Shown here in pieces: positions 1 to 10,055 of a stretch of DNA of 43,554 nucleotides; the first letter of the stretch is position 1, and each line of letters begins with the position of its first letter. Location: IMG/VR virus record IMGVR_UViG_3300025018_000037, positions 1 through 43,554 of that record. One strand, written 5' to 3'. Made by a program: the position numbers and the translations under genes. Origin of the DNA: a virus. Taxonomy: Duplodnaviria > Caudoviricetes. The notes below the pieces were generated by a model, which made no database searches, had not been told where the DNA came from, and saw nothing but the letters and a program-made list of their open reading frames with translations.

Positions 1-127
1 AGGGAGTAACAGTACCTACTGTTTCTAGCACAAACACTTTAACCAACAAAACCCTTACGACTCCTACAATAAACGGGGCTACTCTCAACGGAGATTTAGC
101 AATAGACGGAACTCCAAACACAGACGA
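1..127 (+). repeat. Terminal direct repeat, left copy (circular assembly overlap)
   Basis: 1-127 (agggagtaac...cagacga) is identical to 43428-43554. It lies inside an ORF that continues in frame across the join. Confidence 0.97.
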
Positions 128-509
128 TACGTGGAACGGACGTTCAACAAACACATTCAACGCAGGTGCTACAATCGCACAGTTTGAAGCGGTATACCTT
201 TCTTCTTCATCAACGTGGCTTCTTACAGATGCAGATGCAGTAGCTACAGCAGGTAGTGTAATGATAGCTCTCGCAGGAGAAGCTGGTACAAACACAAACC
301 CTCTTCGAATAATCCTCCCTGGGACTTTTGTCAGAAACGATGCGTGGGCTTGGACACCTGGAGTTCCGCTCTATCTTGGGTTGACTCCTGGAGAAATCAC
401 AGCAACAGCACCAAGTGCAACTGACGATGTTGTTCGTATAGTTGGACACGCAGTAACTGCCGATGTCATTTTCTGGAATCCTTCAAATGACTGGGCAACA
501 ATAGTATAA
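3..509 (+). CDS. C-terminal part of the tail fibre/virion fibre protein that starts at 42221
   Basis: In frame with 42221 across the circular join (1716 nt, 571 aa in total). The C-terminal LYLGLTPGEITATAPS..VRIVGHA motif resembles capsid-cement/fibre tip domains. Confidence 0.8.
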   Translation, partial: GVTVPTVSSTNTLTNKTLTTPTINGATLNGDLAIDGTPNTDDTWNGRSTNTFNAGATIAQFEAVYLSSSSTWLLTDADAVATAGSVMIALAGEAGTNTNPLRIILPGTFVRNDAWAWTPGVPLYLGLTPGEITATAPSATDDVVRIVGHAVTADVIFWNPSNDWATIV

Positions 510-514
510 ATACT

Positions 515-853
515 ATGAAAATTAAACTCACAAAAAGAAACTATCTAGGCGAAGGATACTGGCACTATTTTCAAAACCCTCAAACAAAAGAGGTTATTCG
601 TGAGGAGTGTACAAAAGAAGAATATTTACGAATGGGTGAGAAAGGTGGTGCAAAATATAATCCAAAGAACAAAGGAGATTTTGTCTGGGTACAATCTTCA
701 GGAGGAGAAATAAATGTTGATACTCCAACAAAAGAATTGGGAGAAAACGAATACACGGAAACACCAGATGGCTCGGTTTTCTTCAACGTGAAAGGAAAAG
801 GACACGGTCGAGGAAAAAAAGAAGATGTTGTGAACGATAAAATAGAAATATAA
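515..853 (+). CDS. Hypothetical protein (112 aa)
   Basis: ORF tightly packed between its neighbours, with an AT-rich start context. Confidence 0.75.
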   Translation: MKIKLTKRNYLGEGYWHYFQNPQTKEVIREECTKEEYLRMGEKGGAKYNPKNKGDFVWVQSSGGEINVDTPTKELGENEYTETPDGSVFFNVKGKGHGRGKKEDVVNDKIEI

Positions 854-854
854 T

Positions 855-1589
855 ATGGCTATAGCATTTGACGCAAAAGGAGGAAACTTCACTAATACAG
901 GGACGATTACGACTTTAACGTGGAGCCATACTGTAAGTGGCTCAGATAGGATTATATTTTCCACGGGTCGTGCATCCAATACAGGGAACGACATGACGGC
1001 TACTTACAACGGTGTTTCCATGACAAAGACTGCAACTGTTGCAGGAACTAATGATAGGATATTCCTATTTACACTGCATGCACCTGCAACAGGAGCAAAT
1101 AACCTAGTACTTACTAAGCCTAGCTTTGCAGCAGGTCAGATGGATGGTTCCTCAGCTTCCTACACTGGAGCAAAACAGACGAGTACAGTAGATAGTTCTG
1201 GTACAGCCACAGCAACTAGTGCGTCTTGTTCGGTTAGCACAACAGTTGTTGCCTCAAACTGCTGGCTTGTCGGTGGAGTTAGAACAAACGCAGGGGGTGT
1301 CTCATCTGATGGTTCTGGAACAACAACTAGGTCGGGTGCTTTTATCGGGGATACATCTTCTCAGACTTGTATTTCAGATAGTAATGGAAATGTATCTACT
1401 GGCTCACAGTCTCTAAATTGGACACTGCCAGAAAGTAACAATTGGTATGCCGTCGTAGCATCTTTTGAAACAGCTCCAGCATCAAACCTCGCCAACCTCA
1501 AAACCCTTGACGGCATAGCAAAAGCAAATATAAAGACCATAAATGGAGTGGCTATTGCTAGTATAAAAACTTACGATGGAATCGCATAA
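855..1589 (+). CDS. Virion-associated Ser/Thr/Gly-rich beta-sandwich protein
   Basis: MAIAFDA start, T/S/G-rich, C-terminal NLKTLDGIAKANIKTINGVA repeat. Sits in the tail module. Confidence 0.65.
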   Translation: MAIAFDAKGGNFTNTGTITTLTWSHTVSGSDRIIFSTGRASNTGNDMTATYNGVSMTKTATVAGTNDRIFLFTLHAPATGANNLVLTKPSFAAGQMDGSSASYTGAKQTSTVDSSGTATATSASCSVSTTVVASNCWLVGGVRTNAGGVSSDGSGTTTRSGAFIGDTSSQTCISDSNGNVSTGSQSLNWTLPESNNWYAVVASFETAPASNLANLKTLDGIAKANIKTINGVAIASIKTYDGIA

Positions 1590-1590
1590 T

Positions 1591-2043
1591 ATGATTGAAT
1601 ACACAAAAATGATAATTGGAATCATGAAAGACTCAATGGGGACACTACTGAAAACTTCAGTTTCGTACTTTCCATTGGCTGGATTGATGTCTGCATTTTC
1701 TTTTCTGTTCGGTATTAACAATGCAGATGCGGTTCTGGCTTTTTCTGTTCTAGTTGTCATAGACTTCCTAACAGGTTTAGCAGGTGCTAAAATGCAAGGA
1801 GATACGATAGAAAGCAAAAAGGCTATAAAGAGTGTGGTTAAGTTTGTTTTTTATTGCATGTTCATCTCAGCTTCTTACCTCACAGAAAAGATTGTGCCAG
1901 GGACTACATTTATAGATGAAATTACAATATCCTTCCTCGCTATTACTGAGCTGATATCTATAATGGAGAACATAGGGAAGATGGGGTACGAAGTGCCGTT
2001 AAAGCTCCTCAACAATGTAAGAGGTATGCGTAAAAAACTATGA
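1591..2043 (+). CDS. Holin (phage_holin_4_1-like)
   Basis: Hydrophobic helices with IDFLTGL and ELISIMENIGKMG..VP motifs typical of this holin family. Start taken at the TAAT-ATG at 1591. Confidence 0.8.
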   Translation: MIEYTKMIIGIMKDSMGTLLKTSVSYFPLAGLMSAFSFLFGINNADAVLAFSVLVVIDFLTGLAGAKMQGDTIESKKAIKSVVKFVFYCMFISASYLTEKIVPGTTFIDEITISFLAITELISIMENIGKMGYEVPLKLLNNVRGMRKKL

Positions 2044-2846
2044 TACAAGATACTAGGATAGTTCAATTAGAGAAAAAGGTAGCTTCGTTGGAATCACAAC
2101 TGAAGTCTGCTTTAGATATCTTGGCAAGACATACTCATCAAGGTGTCGATGGAAGCTCTAAGTTAGACAAAGATATAGCAATCAACCCATTTAGGTTTTT
2201 TAAGGCTGGTACAGCAGCTATGACAGGATTCACTCAAAATGAAGGAACATCTAGCGAGATAAACAAAATGAGTATTACTGCTGGTCCAACAAGTGGTACT
2301 GTCAAAGACTCATCTATTGATACTGAAATAATCTTGGAGCATCAACCTAATGCATTGCAGTCTTTCTTTTATAGTTACAGACCTCCTCTTTATACAGGAG
2401 TAGCTTCTATCAGTTCTGGTGGAAATACATTAACAGACTCTAGGTGGAACTGGGCTACAAATGAATTAGCTGGTGCATATGTAAATGTTTTTGACGGTAC
2501 AAACCTCTACACTCATCTTATATCTTCAAACACATCATCTGTAATTACAATTTCAGACACGTTTTCATTTACTAATTCTTCTACAAATTACATAGTTTTG
2601 ATGCCTGTTTATCATGGTTCTGCGGAGTATCCTTGGAGGCGACTCTACACTGCTACTGATATTAGATTCGGGATAGGAGCTTCAGCAGGAACAAAGGTCT
2701 GTTATATAAAGCATGGTACAGGTTCACCAGAAAGTGTAGTTACAGCTCAGGTTGGGAGTCTGTATTTGAGATTAGATGGAGGTGCGGGTACGACATTATA
2801 CGTCAAACAGTCAGGTACAGGGAACACTGGCTGGGTCGGTAAATAA
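2040..2846 (+). CDS. Tail/virion structural protein
   Basis: N-terminal coiled coil plus HTHQGVD; C-terminal GTGSPESVVTAQVGSLYLR..GG.GTTLYVKQSGTGNTGW motif common in phage fibre proteins. Confidence 0.7.
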   Translation: MIQDTRIVQLEKKVASLESQLKSALDILARHTHQGVDGSSKLDKDIAINPFRFFKAGTAAMTGFTQNEGTSSEINKMSITAGPTSGTVKDSSIDTEIILEHQPNALQSFFYSYRPPLYTGVASISSGGNTLTDSRWNWATNELAGAYVNVFDGTNLYTHLISSNTSSVITISDTFSFTNSSTNYIVLMPVYHGSAEYPWRRLYTATDIRFGIGASAGTKVCYIKHGTGSPESVVTAQVGSLYLRLDGGAGTTLYVKQSGTGNTGWVGK

Positions 2847-2855
2847 AAAACTATC

Positions 2856-4484
2856 ATGGCAACATTCAATATAGATTTAACAGGAAAAGGTGGGCTAGTA
2901 AAAAACTTCTTTAACGATAAAGATAAGTCTTCTGCTACCCCGAATCGTAGGACGATATACGCTGATGGTCAGATGGCTGATGGTGTATACAACCCATTTA
3001 CTCGATTGGGTTATATGTCGCCTTCAAACACAGGACTTGGAAGCGTTACTTCAAACGGTTCTGATTTGTTTGATACCGAGATGAGATGCTCTCAGCTTGA
3101 TGAAGACAACAGTCAATTTTATTTTGGTAGTGGTTTGCATATTTGGAAAGGAGGTTCTTATGACGCTATGACACTTGATGAACCTGAAACTATTACAGGT
3201 ATTGGTTCATCTTTTACAGACTTTGAAATCTATCAACTCAACGGAGTTAGAAAGTTCTTCTTCTCGTATAGAAAAACTGGTGCAAGTGATATTGGTTACG
3301 CAACCCTTCCTTATGCTTCTTCAGACCCAGACTGGCTTTCAACAGCAGTAGGTGGGGACCAGTTTAATCTAGCTGATGGAAACCATAAAATGGTAACAGC
3401 AGATAACGGTTACATGTATGTTCTCGATGGAAGTACCCTCCATAAAATTGACGGGACAGTTGATGGCGGAACGCTTGGTACTGCGACAGCAAACATTCTA
3501 GTTTTTCCTCCATATCTATACTTATATGATGCTGTCGATATTCGTGGAAAGCTTTATATTGCAGTTCAAGATACAAACAACCCTACAAACTCGCTTACAT
3601 CTCAAGAATCGTATTCTATTACAGCTGGTATTTATGTTTGGGACAGGCAGTCAAAGACAATTTCATTTACAGACTTCTTCCCTATCTCCGGTATTCAGGC
3701 AATACACAAAATATATGTTGCCCCTGATGGTTCAATCAGAGTTATGTGTACAGCTTCAGATGGTACATTTCAGATTAAACTATTTGATGGTTCTGCATTT
3801 ATTACAATCGCAGAAGGTGGAGCAGAAGCAGGTCCACGATACAGAGATTCAGTACATGTTGGAGGCGAGCGTGTTTCTTGGTTAGCTTCTGATGGATACA
3901 TGTATGCTCATGGTGCTGTATCGTCTTATGACCAGGAAGGTATCTTCAAGTACGGTACTATTTCTACCGATGCAAACTATGTCGCTGGTGCTATTCTGTA
4001 TGCTGGTGGAAATGGACTTGGGTCTGGTTCTCGAAGATATGAAAGTTTCTACCTAACATACGATATTACAACAACGTCTTATGTAAAAAAGTGGATTCCT
4101 AATGCATTAACAAGTGCTACTGGGATTGGATTTACACAAGATAATGATATAGGAAATGTATATACACCTGTATTTGAGTTTCCTGAACCTACCTTGGTGA
4201 ACTATGTACATATCTTTATGTTGCCAACTACTGGAACAGGTACTACCGAATCTGCGACTATCAAGGTATACTTTAATAAGAGTTCTACTGCCTCACAGAC
4301 TTTTACAATCACTCGAAATGATACACAGAAAGGGTATTACTATATGCCTATCAACAAAACAAATATACACAGTATTCAGTTTGAAATTGAGTTCAACGTT
4401 AACACCATTGCGGGTGAAGTAGGGGATTTTATGCCTAGTCGAGCTACGATTCACTACGATGAAACAGTTACTCGTAAAAAATAA
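2856..4484 (+). CDS. Putative tail nozzle/hub protein (beta-propeller, P22 gp10/T7 gp12-like role)
   Basis: 542 aa and beta-rich, with propeller-like blades (GYMYVLDG, GIYVWDR, IKLFDG). Adjacent to the adaptor-like gene. Confidence 0.55.
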   Translation: MATFNIDLTGKGGLVKNFFNDKDKSSATPNRRTIYADGQMADGVYNPFTRLGYMSPSNTGLGSVTSNGSDLFDTEMRCSQLDEDNSQFYFGSGLHIWKGGSYDAMTLDEPETITGIGSSFTDFEIYQLNGVRKFFFSYRKTGASDIGYATLPYASSDPDWLSTAVGGDQFNLADGNHKMVTADNGYMYVLDGSTLHKIDGTVDGGTLGTATANILVFPPYLYLYDAVDIRGKLYIAVQDTNNPTNSLTSQESYSITAGIYVWDRQSKTISFTDFFPISGIQAIHKIYVAPDGSIRVMCTASDGTFQIKLFDGSAFITIAEGGAEAGPRYRDSVHVGGERVSWLASDGYMYAHGAVSSYDQEGIFKYGTISTDANYVAGAILYAGGNGLGSGSRRYESFYLTYDITTTSYVKKWIPNALTSATGIGFTQDNDIGNVYTPVFEFPEPTLVNYVHIFMLPTTGTGTTESATIKVYFNKSSTASQTFTITRNDTQKGYYYMPINKTNIHSIQFEIEFNVNTIAGEVGDFMPSRATIHYDETVTRKK

Positions 4485-4489
4485 TTATC

Positions 4490-5671
4490 ATGTCTACAAC
4501 ACTTGGAACAATAAATACATTAGTCAATGACCGAAGGAGAGATACAACCTCCAACTCTATTGATATGACGGGAGATGGTTTCCGAGCTATCAACGGAGCT
4601 TTGCAGGTTTGGACACAATCTCACGACTGGCCTTGGCAAGCTGAAAAGACCACTATCACTTATAATGAAGGTATTACAACATACCCGATTAGTACGTCTT
4701 TGAACTATAAAGCAGTAATTGATTTGAGGGCACAGAAAACTGACCAGAAAAAAAATGAATTGCAGTATATGTCTAACAACCATTTTGATGCTGATACTAT
4801 CAACAAGTATAAAATGGCAATCAAGACTGAAGGACAACTTCAATATCTACGAGTGAAGTATGCTGGTAACTATTCTACGATTAACACAGCAAGTCAGTAT
4901 AATGGAAACGGTACTTGGGTTGGTGCAACTGCTATTTCAAATGTGGCAACAGATGAATATGAATCTCTTGACCAACCTTCATCTACAAAGTTTGACTATT
5001 CTGGTACTTCAGGAACTTTGACCAACAGCACTATGACTGCAATGGACGTTTCTCGTTACGCACAAAGAAGTACGTTCTACTGCAATATCTATCTTCAGAG
5101 TGTTTCAAACTTCACTTCTGTTACTATTAAAGTAGGGACAGACAGTTCAAACTATATTACAGGTGCAGTAAGTACAGATTATCTTGGAAATGCTATTGTG
5201 GCTGGGTGGAATAAAATAAAACTGCAATGGAACGGTAGCACAACAGTTGTCGGTACTCTCGATGTTACGTCTTTCCAGTATATTCAACTTACGATTGCTT
5301 ACGGTTCTGACCCAGCAACAGTTTCTAACAGGATTGAAAACTTCTTCTTTTCAGAAGACGTTCCTATGGTTATGGAATACTACTCAACAAATATGACCAT
5401 TGACGTTTCTGCTTCAAACGCAAAAGAACAGATTTTCAACACCGCAGCTTCAACTACTGACCAGACAATGTGGACTGGAAACTGGGATTATGTAAACGAA
5501 GCGTTTGTGAACTCTGTCATGGAAATGATTAGCTGGATGACGGGAGAGTATCAAGACAGGGCGATTGCAATAGAAAGGATACAAGCGTTTGTTGAACCGC
5601 TAAAAAGCAGACTTCCTTCAAAGAGGCGGTATCCTAGAATTACTATGTCTGCAAGCGTTAATAATATATAA
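4490..5671 (+). CDS. Putative head-tail adaptor (tail tubular protein A-like) with an inserted beta-sandwich domain
   Basis: N-terminal helices followed by DWPW..KTTITYNEGITTYPI, typical of podovirus adaptors. Central GWNKIKL/YIQL region resembles a carbohydrate-binding fold. Confidence 0.55.
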   Translation: MSTTLGTINTLVNDRRRDTTSNSIDMTGDGFRAINGALQVWTQSHDWPWQAEKTTITYNEGITTYPISTSLNYKAVIDLRAQKTDQKKNELQYMSNNHFDADTINKYKMAIKTEGQLQYLRVKYAGNYSTINTASQYNGNGTWVGATAISNVATDEYESLDQPSSTKFDYSGTSGTLTNSTMTAMDVSRYAQRSTFYCNIYLQSVSNFTSVTIKVGTDSSNYITGAVSTDYLGNAIVAGWNKIKLQWNGSTTVVGTLDVTSFQYIQLTIAYGSDPATVSNRIENFFFSEDVPMVMEYYSTNMTIDVSASNAKEQIFNTAASTTDQTMWTGNWDYVNEAFVNSVMEMISWMTGEYQDRAIAIERIQAFVEPLKSRLPSKRRYPRITMSASVNNI

Positions 5672-5680
5672 TGTAAATAT

Positions 5681-7081
5681 ATGGCACAAGAACTAAATGT
5701 CGATACAAGATTTCTTACATCTGAACAAGCTGACGGTGTAAAAAAAGCAACACAAACTGTGCGTGATTTTCAGAGTGGAAGTGATGCAGTAAACTCTAGT
5801 GTTAGAACTTTGGGTACTCCAACTTCACCTGCTATTTCTGCATTGTCTAATTTGGTAAGTACCGACCCATCTGCTGGTGAAAAATCTATTTTAGAGAAGT
5901 TTGCTGAGAGGCAGAAGTCTGTAAAAGAAGGTTCACAGGCACGAGCTGACTTGTTGAAAAGTCAGGCTGGTACTTCTATTGAGGAACAAACTCAGGAAAA
6001 TGATAGAGAACTTACTTCTAATATGGAAGCAAGGAGAGGGTACGCAACAAACACTGCGTTTGTTAAAAATATCCAAGAAACAGGAAAGAAAAGAATTAGA
6101 GATTTGGAGAAGTCACGAGATGAACTTCTATTGCAAAACAAAATTGCAGAAGCAGACAAACTCGATTCTCTTATTGGGGAAGAACAAACTGCGATTACAG
6201 AAGCTCGAAAAACTTGGATTGATAATGTACTTAAACTCTCAGGGGAATCTAGGGCACAGTCAGCAGAAGACAGAGCTGTTGCAAGTTTTGAAACACCTGC
6301 CGAAACACAAGCTAGAGAACTTCAGAACACAAAAACAATAGCCGTTCTTAATCTACAACAGGTTGCTCCTGATGCTGGTATCTTAGATACTGATGATTAC
6401 AACACTGCTATTACTAAATACCGAAACTCAGCTACATACAAACGAGATGTTAGAAAAGGTGAAGCAGAAATTGCAAACTTACAGGCTTCAACCAACAAAA
6501 CTATTTCAGACCTCAACGGTTCTGACCCTTCAACTTCAGGTCTTACACCAGAACAACAGATAATTCAATTAGATTTCTTAGATGAAACAGCTGATAAGGC
6601 TTTGAGTGTTGCAGGTTCTTCAGGAAGAAGTGCAGGTCGTAGAGCAGTCGAAAACGTGTTGTGGGGTGCAACTCAATTTACGGAACTTTCTGCTTACACT
6701 GATACGCTAAAAACAAACATTCTTGCTCTAGCTGCTGACCCTAATATCAAAAAGTTCTTTGGTCCTCAGATGTCAGATGCCGATGTTCGTTTAATGACTT
6801 CTGCTGGTTCTATTCTTGACCCTAAATTAGTCGGTCCTGACCAAATGAAATTAGAGCTTGAAAGAGTAAAAGATATGTTTGCTCGAATTAAAAAGTCGTT
6901 ACCTGCTGGAGTTACTGCTGGTGGTGTGACTGGAACTGGTCCTGAAAAACCACTGGTACTTGCCCCAGAAGGAAGTAATGATAAGACAGGTATGTTATCA
7001 GATACTAGAACATTGATTGGTCCTGACCCAGTAGCAGATGTTTCAAACATGTTCTTTAGTATGTTTAACCCAAAACAATAA
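5681..7081 (+). CDS. Putative DNA ejection/internal virion protein
   Basis: Helical coiled coil, Cys-free, with a GPQMSDADV motif. Position after the tail genes fits podovirus ejection proteins. Confidence 0.55.
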   Translation: MAQELNVDTRFLTSEQADGVKKATQTVRDFQSGSDAVNSSVRTLGTPTSPAISALSNLVSTDPSAGEKSILEKFAERQKSVKEGSQARADLLKSQAGTSIEEQTQENDRELTSNMEARRGYATNTAFVKNIQETGKKRIRDLEKSRDELLLQNKIAEADKLDSLIGEEQTAITEARKTWIDNVLKLSGESRAQSAEDRAVASFETPAETQARELQNTKTIAVLNLQQVAPDAGILDTDDYNTAITKYRNSATYKRDVRKGEAEIANLQASTNKTISDLNGSDPSTSGLTPEQQIIQLDFLDETADKALSVAGSSGRSAGRRAVENVLWGATQFTELSAYTDTLKTNILALAADPNIKKFFGPQMSDADVRLMTSAGSILDPKLVGPDQMKLELERVKDMFARIKKSLPAGVTAGGVTGTGPEKPLVLAPEGSNDKTGMLSDTRTLIGPDPVADVSNMFFSMFNPKQ

Positions 7082-7082
7082 C

Positions 7083-8891
7083 ATGGACGAAAAAACAACA
7101 AACTCATTCAGGCTGGCACAAATAAGGGCACAAGCTCTTAGGAGTGTTGGGTCTAAAAAAGATGATGATATCGTAGATTCAATTCTCAAATTAGATGCCC
7201 TGCCTGATTCAGTTAAAAAAACTATTAAAGATGCAAAAATAATGGGTAAGTCTGGGAAGGCAATAGATGACCTACTCAAATTAAACTTACAACAGAGTCC
7301 AACAGGACTTGGAAGTACGGGAGATGAGGCTTCTTACGATACTGCTAACAAAGGTGGTATCGGAGGTGCTTTGAACAAAGCTGGACGTTTCTTAGGTATT
7401 GAAAAGGCTGGTAGGTTCGTAGGTTCAAAGCTTGCTACTCTATCACCAGAGTTTAAGGCTGCTAGAGAGGCTGGGGTGGACCCTGAGGAACTTAATCGTC
7501 TTTCACGAGGAAATGTAACTAATCGAGAATTGGTCGGCTCAGTGGCAAACGTAGGGCTTAACTTGGCACTTCCTTTTGCTGGAAAAGCTCTCAGTGCTGG
7601 AAGTACAGCTTCAAAACTAGGAAAAGCTGCCATAGTAGGTGGTGCTTTTGGAGGTAGCGGTGCTTTGGAACAAAACAAAAAAGGTTCTGATATTGTCGAA
7701 GGAATTGCTCTCGGTGCTGGACTTGGTGTTGGTGGAGAAGCTTTACTAAGGTCGTTTCCTAAAATTGTACAAGGTTTCCAAAGCTATCGACAAGAACTTG
7801 CTGGTATCTCACCTCAGACAAAAGGTATTCTTTCAGAATTGCCAGATGCTTCAAAGTTTGAGAAATATGTTCAGTCTGCAAAACAAAGAAGTACCGATAT
7901 CAGAAAGAACTCGCCTATTGGTTTAGCTGCTCAGGAACTTGAAGATGCTGGTTCTATTCTAAAAAAGAAAATCGCAACTGCTGGGAAGCAAGTTAGAGAT
8001 GTTAAAAAGGCAGTCGGAAAAGAAAAACTTGGTGATATTTCAGACGTTTCTGCAAAGTTCAAAGAAGGAGTCGCAGATAGATTTGGTATTAACCTTTCTT
8101 CTAAAAAGGGAGCTATCTCTGTAAAGCCTGTCGCTGGTTCTGCTCGAAATATATCTGCTGGTGATAAAAAGCGATTGGTACAAGCATACAAGGATATTGT
8201 AAAGCTTGAAAAATCTGGGAACATTCAAAAGGCTCAGGACGTTATTGCAAACCTCGCAGACCTTGGTAGAGTTAGCTTTGATAAGAACTCATCACAGTTT
8301 GGTGTAAAAAAAGACCCTATCGAGAGTTTCTTCAAAGGTATTTCTGCTGATTTGAACAAAAAAATTAGAGGTGTGTCAAAAGACCTTGCAAAAGCAAACG
8401 ATAGATACACTGAATTAAAAAAGCTTGAAAAGTTCATAGGAAGTACAGCAGGTAAAGACCTTGGGCGAGGTGAACTTCTCTTGAGGAGAGTATTCTCTGG
8501 TGATAAATCTAGGGAAGCTTTGAACGTACTAGAACAGATTAAAAAAATTACAGGGAAAGACCTAACACAAGATGCTGTTCTTGCAAAACTTGCTATTGAA
8601 CAGTTTGGAGATAAATCTCAACAGACACTTTTGACTCAGATTATTCAAGGTGCTGGAGAAACTGGTGCAAATGCTATTGGTAGTAGAGATTTTGGAGCAA
8701 TACGATTGCTTGGAAAACTTGGAAAAGGTGGTGCAAAAGCTGTACTTGGAGGAACAGAAAGAGTAGGGAGAGGATTGGTTGGTAAAACAAGCAAAGCTCC
8801 TAGAGTTTCTCCTGAGGCTCGCAGACAACTTGGTCAAGGGGTGCGTCAAGTTGGTGCCAACATTGTCGGTCGTACGCTCGGAGGTCTATAA
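7083..8891 (+). CDS. Putative DNA ejection/internal virion protein
   Basis: G/A-rich hydrophobic segments (GALGAGLGVGG-like) and long basic helices. Start taken at the ATG following the upstream TAA. Confidence 0.55.
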   Translation: MDEKTTNSFRLAQIRAQALRSVGSKKDDDIVDSILKLDALPDSVKKTIKDAKIMGKSGKAIDDLLKLNLQQSPTGLGSTGDEASYDTANKGGIGGALNKAGRFLGIEKAGRFVGSKLATLSPEFKAAREAGVDPEELNRLSRGNVTNRELVGSVANVGLNLALPFAGKALSAGSTASKLGKAAIVGGAFGGSGALEQNKKGSDIVEGIALGAGLGVGGEALLRSFPKIVQGFQSYRQELAGISPQTKGILSELPDASKFEKYVQSAKQRSTDIRKNSPIGLAAQELEDAGSILKKKIATAGKQVRDVKKAVGKEKLGDISDVSAKFKEGVADRFGINLSSKKGAISVKPVAGSARNISAGDKKRLVQAYKDIVKLEKSGNIQKAQDVIANLADLGRVSFDKNSSQFGVKKDPIESFFKGISADLNKKIRGVSKDLAKANDRYTELKKLEKFIGSTAGKDLGRGELLLRRVFSGDKSREALNVLEQIKKITGKDLTQDAVLAKLAIEQFGDKSQQTLLTQIIQGAGETGANAIGSRDFGAIRLLGKLGKGGAKAVLGGTERVGRGLVGKTSKAPRVSPEARRQLGQGVRQVGANIVGRTLGGL

Positions 8892-8976
8892 TTCTCACGA
8901 CCACATCTACCAGAACAAAAAGAAAAACCATAAGACCAACGAAGCACAGCATATCTTGGGTTATTGTCAGAATCAT
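8800..8976 (-). CDS. Possible small membrane protein on the opposite strand (58 aa)
   Basis: MILTITQDMLCFVGLMVFLFVLVDVVVRII forms one TM helix. It fills the 8892-8998 gap, and TATAAT lies 6 nt before the ATG on the - strand. Confidence 0.4.
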   Translation of the reverse strand: MILTITQDMLCFVGLMVFLFVLVDVVVRIIDLRAYDRQCWHQLDAPLDQVVCEPQEKL

Positions 8977-8998
8977 ATTATTATTATATAACAAAACC

Positions 8999-9700
8999 AT
9001 GAAGAAGTTTAATTTCCCTATCAGATTGCCAGAGGGTTGCAAACCTTACATAACGCAAGGTTTCGCTAACACTGGAAACAACGAGTGGTACAAAGCGAAC
9101 GGTATTACCGCACCTTTCCACAACGGTACTGATATTGTGCTAGTAAAAGATGGCTATGGTGATAATCAGGTTACATACGGAGCTGAGTGTATTACCCCGT
9201 CTGATGGTTGGCATATCGTAAAGAAAACCTACGAATCTCCACTATCTACAAAAGGAAACGGAGTTACAATCGAATCTGAAGCATATACTGATGATGATGG
9301 AGAATTGTATGTTGTACAAGCAGTGTTCTGGCACTTGTCTTCAGTTGAAGATAATCTCGTAGGAAGATTGCCTGAAAAAACAACGTTCGGATACCTTGGA
9401 AACTCAGGGTTAGTTCGACCAGCTCCATCTCCATACTGTCCTTTCTGTGGTTCTCATTTGCACTTGATGGCGTTTAAGTTCAAGTGGGATAGTTCTTTAG
9501 GAAGGTATGTACTTCTAAATGCAGACAACGGAGTTAATGGTGCGATAGATGCCATGACTGTGTTTGATATTGAGAAGTTGGTCGGAGGAGGTGATGCGGA
9601 TAAAATAAAAGTATTGTCGAAAGACTTACTTCCATTCCCTGAATTATTGCAGGGGATAGCAGATAGTATTGCAAGGTTGTTTAACAGTAAAAATAAATAA
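8999..9700 (+). CDS. M23-family metallopeptidase, probable endolysin
   Basis: YITQGF, HNGTD (HxxxD), WHLS, GNSG and HLH zinc-ligand motifs. Confidence 0.85.
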   Translation: MKKFNFPIRLPEGCKPYITQGFANTGNNEWYKANGITAPFHNGTDIVLVKDGYGDNQVTYGAECITPSDGWHIVKKTYESPLSTKGNGVTIESEAYTDDDGELYVVQAVFWHLSSVEDNLVGRLPEKTTFGYLGNSGLVRPAPSPYCPFCGSHLHLMAFKFKWDSSLGRYVLLNADNGVNGAIDAMTVFDIEKLVGGGDADKIKVLSKDLLPFPELLQGIADSIARLFNSKNK

Positions 9701-9701
9701 T

Positions 9702-9947
9702 ATGGAAATCTTTTTAGGAGTTGTAGTATCGTTAGTGATACAAATTGTGAAGAAAAGCTTGAAGCTTGGAGAGTATGAAACTCTAGCGGTTCTAGTAAGT
9801 CTTTGTATGGTAGCTGCGGTTATCTATGCTTCTCTTACAGCCTTTGGAGTGTGGGACGCTGTGTACAATGTACTAGTTACAGCAGGTGCTTTCTATGCAT
9901 TCGTTATCCAGCGTTTCCCTAGCGTTTCCCCAGAGAAACAGGTATAA
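9702..9947 (+). CDS. Small holin-like membrane protein
   Basis: 81 aa with 2-3 TM helices, directly after the endolysin. Confidence 0.6.
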   Translation: MEIFLGVVVSLVIQIVKKSLKLGEYETLAVLVSLCMVAAVIYASLTAFGVWDAVYNVLVTAGAFYAFVIQRFPSVSPEKQV

Positions 9948-9999
9948 TGCCAGCAGGTTGGTAGTTTTGAACTTTTTTTTCCTACCATACCTACTGACA
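9948..9999 (-). other. Long RNA hairpin at the end of the late operon
   Basis: 17-bp stem with one bulge. Its two C.A mismatches on + are G.U pairs on -, so it folds better on the - strand. Confidence 0.55.
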
Positions 10000-10055
10000 C
10001 TTATTCTTGTGTCCCAGACCGTACCTTTCTCTCATATTTTAGGTGCGGTTTTTGG

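Noticed and set aside
1-127. Biological terminal repeat (T7-like DTR)
   Set aside because: 127 nt matches a common assembler k-mer and the repeat falls mid-gene. It is best read as a circularisation overlap.
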